Assembly: GCA_963514005.1 (NCBI GenBank) | Contig: OY740787.1 | Span: 17,980,001-18,044,000 of the forward strand | DNA length: 64,000 bases | Direction: 5' to 3' | DNA from: Raja brachyura | Lineage: Eukaryota | Shown here: positions 60,861-64,000 of the stretch, piece by piece | Numbering within the stretch: position 1 is the stretch's first letter | How the letters are laid out: the number at the start of each line of letters is the position of its first letter | Notes under the pieces: model-generated | Databases searched by the model: none | What the model was told of the DNA's origin: nothing | What the model saw: the letters and a program-made list of their open reading frames with translations, nothing else | Translations under genes and position numbers: made by a program

Positions 60861-62214
60861 AATTAGCATAGGAACGGAAAATGCTATTCATTAAACCAAA
60901 AAATAACTTTCCTTTAGTAAATTTGATATTTACCGTCAGTGATTCACTGCTAGGAATTTAACATCACCAACCACTGAAAATTAAAGCCCCCCAAATTCCC
61001 CTAGATTTAGAATTAATTGATGTGCTTCCAAAAGACCAATTGTAATCTGTGCATGTCTGGATCTTGGGAAGTTACGTGGGGGGTTTTCCTGATAAATTCC
61101 AGTTATTCCCGACAGAAAGTTTATCAGAAAATAAACAATGCTACCTCATCAGGATTATTTGCAAATGCTGATGTAATTTTGGTTTAAAAAATTATTTTTA
61201 CAAATAAATTTTCAAATGAAGCCTCATATGTTTGATTCATAGCCACTGGTCTCCTGGTACTTTTCGGTAACTTCCATTTAAAGTGCAATCATCTGACATC
61301 TATTAGCCTGCAGCACTGCACCATCTGCTACACGTAAACAGAAAGGATTATTAGAATATATAAATGAGACAAATATGTTTTTTTTTTGTAAGTGTCTCTT
61401 TGTATTCGAATGATTAGTCCAGGAGATGAGCACCTAAACACTGCAGGGCAAATTCACAGGATGGTATCTGTGTGCAGTAAAGTCTCTACAAATTGAAACA
61501 TACCCAACAGATCCCATTGCTCCTTCTGGAGTGAGTTCAACTGAAGTGGTCACAAGGATTCCTGCAAGAGTATCATGAATATGATTGTCATAGAGTCTTA
61601 CAGAATGGAAACAGGCCCTTCGGCCCAACTTGCCCATGCTGACTGACACGTCCCATCTACACTAGTCCCACCTGCCTGCATTCAGCCTATATCCCTCTAA
61701 ACCTGTCCTGTCCATGTACCTGTCTAAATGTTTCTTCATTGTTGCAATGGTGTCATCATGGGCTCCCCTTCCACAACAATATAACGATTCAAAGGTTTCT
61801 CAAGTGAAGTTGACGTCAAATGGTTTACATTTTCACCTCCACCATCAGCTCCAAGGCTGCCACTGCCTTTTTCAAAAGCTTGCTGGGCATCAGGTCTGGA
61901 GGACTCAACACTTCTTTCAGGTTACCAACAATGAAGCCATCTTCTGACCTGGAATAAAGAGTTTTGTTAGACAACGTCAGAGTTGATTCAAATAGCTGCC
62001 ATGGCAGCTGAAAGGAAGAAAAGTGAATTTCAATGGATGAATCAGATTTGCTGCAAAAGATGTGTCAAAAATAGATTCTTCAAGGCAGTTTGAGAGATGT
62101 GGTCAGGTGAAGTGAAGCATGTAAGCATGGAATTGCTAATTGTTAAAAAAAGCATTGTTCACACTTTGCATGGAAAGAGATAGAAAGTATGGTTGCAAAT
62201 AAAACAGAATAAAA

Positions 62215-62576
62215 ATCTCTATCAAGGATTCCAAGCATCCACGCTCTATAATCACTGCTATCATCATGCAAGAGGTACAGAAACCTAAGGTCCCACTCCA
62301 CCAGATTCAAGAACAGCTACTTTCATACAATTGTGAGGTTCGTGAACCAATCTGTGCAATCCAAATCCTAAATGTACAACGGAACACAACAGATAACCTC
62401 TTGACTTTTTGCACAATGGTCTACTTTCTTTTACAATGTCTTACGTGTAATTCATGTATACTTTCTGTTTTTGTGTGTCTGCCTGTGCCTGTGATGCTGC
62501 AGCAAGCAACATTTTCATTGTATCTGTACCTCATCGTATTTTGCACATATCACAATAAATTCGACTTGACTTGACT
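62215..62576 (+). mobile_element. Old Rex1-group 3' end
   Basis: IKD..HP..LL.S.KRYR..RFKNSYF-like; aataaa and (gactt)n tail. Confidence 0.65.
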
Positions 62577-63064
62577 AAAATGTTAAAGGAAACCTTTCTA
62601 CTTCTCCTTAGCTGTCATTCCTTTTTTCCATTATCTGACTAGGACTGCTGTCCATGTGCCAGGCATACTCTGGAACTGGTTCAGCAGGCAGTTTGCAACT
62701 TCCTGGTTTGAAAGCACTGATATTTACAGCACACGGTAAATGCCAGCAGCACAGTGTGGGAGTGATTGTAAGTGCTCTGCAAATCGGGCCGCTTCAATAG
62801 AAAGAGAACATAATTAATATTTCAGGTTGATGACCTTTCAGACAGATGTCTGGATTGTCAACCTGTTTTCCATTACCAGTTGCCAGTTCAGATAAAACTA
62901 CTCCTTGGAGCACATTCAATAAACATCTGTGCTTTCTGCACCACAGACTCATCATAGGCGCTCTCCACAGTTTTCCTTGCTCTTCAGTATTGAGAATCAC
63001 AGTCTCACAGATTGAGCCTATGCCAAACTTACATTTAGATGGACACATTAAAATGCAGGGAATG

Positions 63065-63362
63065 AAGGGCTGTAGATCACGTTTCTGCCTTACAATGCCA
63101 AAGATCTGGGTTCGATCCCGACAACGGGTGCTGTCTGTACGGAGTTTGTACGTTTTCCCTCTGATCACATGGATTTACCCCAGCTGCTCCGGTTTCCTCC
63201 ATAGACATACAGGTTTGTAGGTTAATTGGCTTCGGTAAAAATTGTGAATTAACCCTAGCATGTGTGTGGTTAGTGTATAACGATCGCTGGTCGGCGCAGA
63301 CCCAGTGGGAAGAAGGGCTTGTTTTCGTGCTGTATCTCTAAACTAAACGAGGAACTAAACTA
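63065..63362 (+). mobile_element. HE1-type V-SINE
   Basis: B box gggttcgatccc, V-domain, tail. Confidence 0.82.
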
Positions 63363-63558
63363 ATGTGCAGGCAGAGATTAGTTTGTCTTTGTATCCTATT
63401 TGACACACATATTGTGGGCCAACGGGCCTGCTCCTGTGCTGTTCTATGATCTATGTAAAACAATCATTTATTATGTTATCCCATATACTAGCAAGGAAAA
63501 TATCATGCCAATGCTTTTAATAGTACCTTAGACATCTGAGGCACCGACTAGACAGTAT

Positions 63559-64000
63559 TAGTAAGATTAAATGAGAACTTACCAGTTTGAAGTTTGATCC
63601 TTATTTTATGAGGAGTTACGTTGAGGGATTACGTGAAGAAGTCCCGCCAGGCGCATGCGCGTCATACTTCAAAGCAGCTGCGTGGAAACACAGAAAACAC
63701 ATATAGCCGAAGTAACATAGTAAGGCTTTAAGAAGACTGGAACTACCAGATGATCTCTTAGATTATGAGGGTGGGAGCGGAGGGCACATAATCCCTCAAG
63801 GATCAAACTTCGAACTGGTAAGTTCTCGTTTAATCTTACTATTTTACTTCGGAGTCACGCGAGTGACTACGTGAAGATTTCAAAGCTCTGTGTTTACATG
63901 CCGTAGATGCACTCCATACGACAACTGCTTCGGTTGACATAGTTGTAACAAATAATATATTGAACATTGCTTCAAATTATTCAATAACTATTTTTAATAA
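63559..64000 (-). mobile_element. DIRS element right terminus with internal complementary region (continues beyond the window)
   Basis: 63559-63600 is the reverse complement of 63800-63841 (2 mismatches), which is joined directly to a copy of the left terminus TTTTACTTCGGAGTCAC. Confidence 0.8.

Noticed and set aside
7755-64000. One giant DIRS element bracketing the window
   Set aside because: The left end at 9693 reads leftwards and the right end at 63559 belongs to an element extending rightwards; they face away from each other, so they are two insertions.

Overview
Repeat-saturated eukaryotic DNA, very probably an intron or intergenic region of an elasmobranch, likely a skate or ray. This is inferred from about 20 HE1/V-SINE-type tRNA SINEs and CR1 LINEs with (ATGTTTCT)n tails. 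I found no convincing host exon. Nearly all long ORFs belong to retroelements (CR1, Rex1/Babar, L2, Ingi/Vingi-like, Penelope, DIRS) or arise from GC-rich tandem repeats. Also present are a young non-autonomous LTR element, a deleted ERV-like provirus, a non-autonomous Helitron and Harbinger-like fragments. Main highlights: (1) two unrelated 140-176 bp TSD-flanked retroposons whose first ~53 nt fold by eye into a minimal, P4-less HDV-like ribozyme with co-varying stems (25350-25401 and 35130-35183, minus strand); (2) many minimal hammerhead motifs in Penelope pseudo-LTRs; (3) a 4 x 50-bp array of CTCF-like sites plus housekeeping-promoter motifs inside a very young LTR element; (4) a five-level nested insertion at 36445-40530. 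Family assignments come from motif recognition only; no database search or folding program was run, and boundaries without a stated TSD are approximate.
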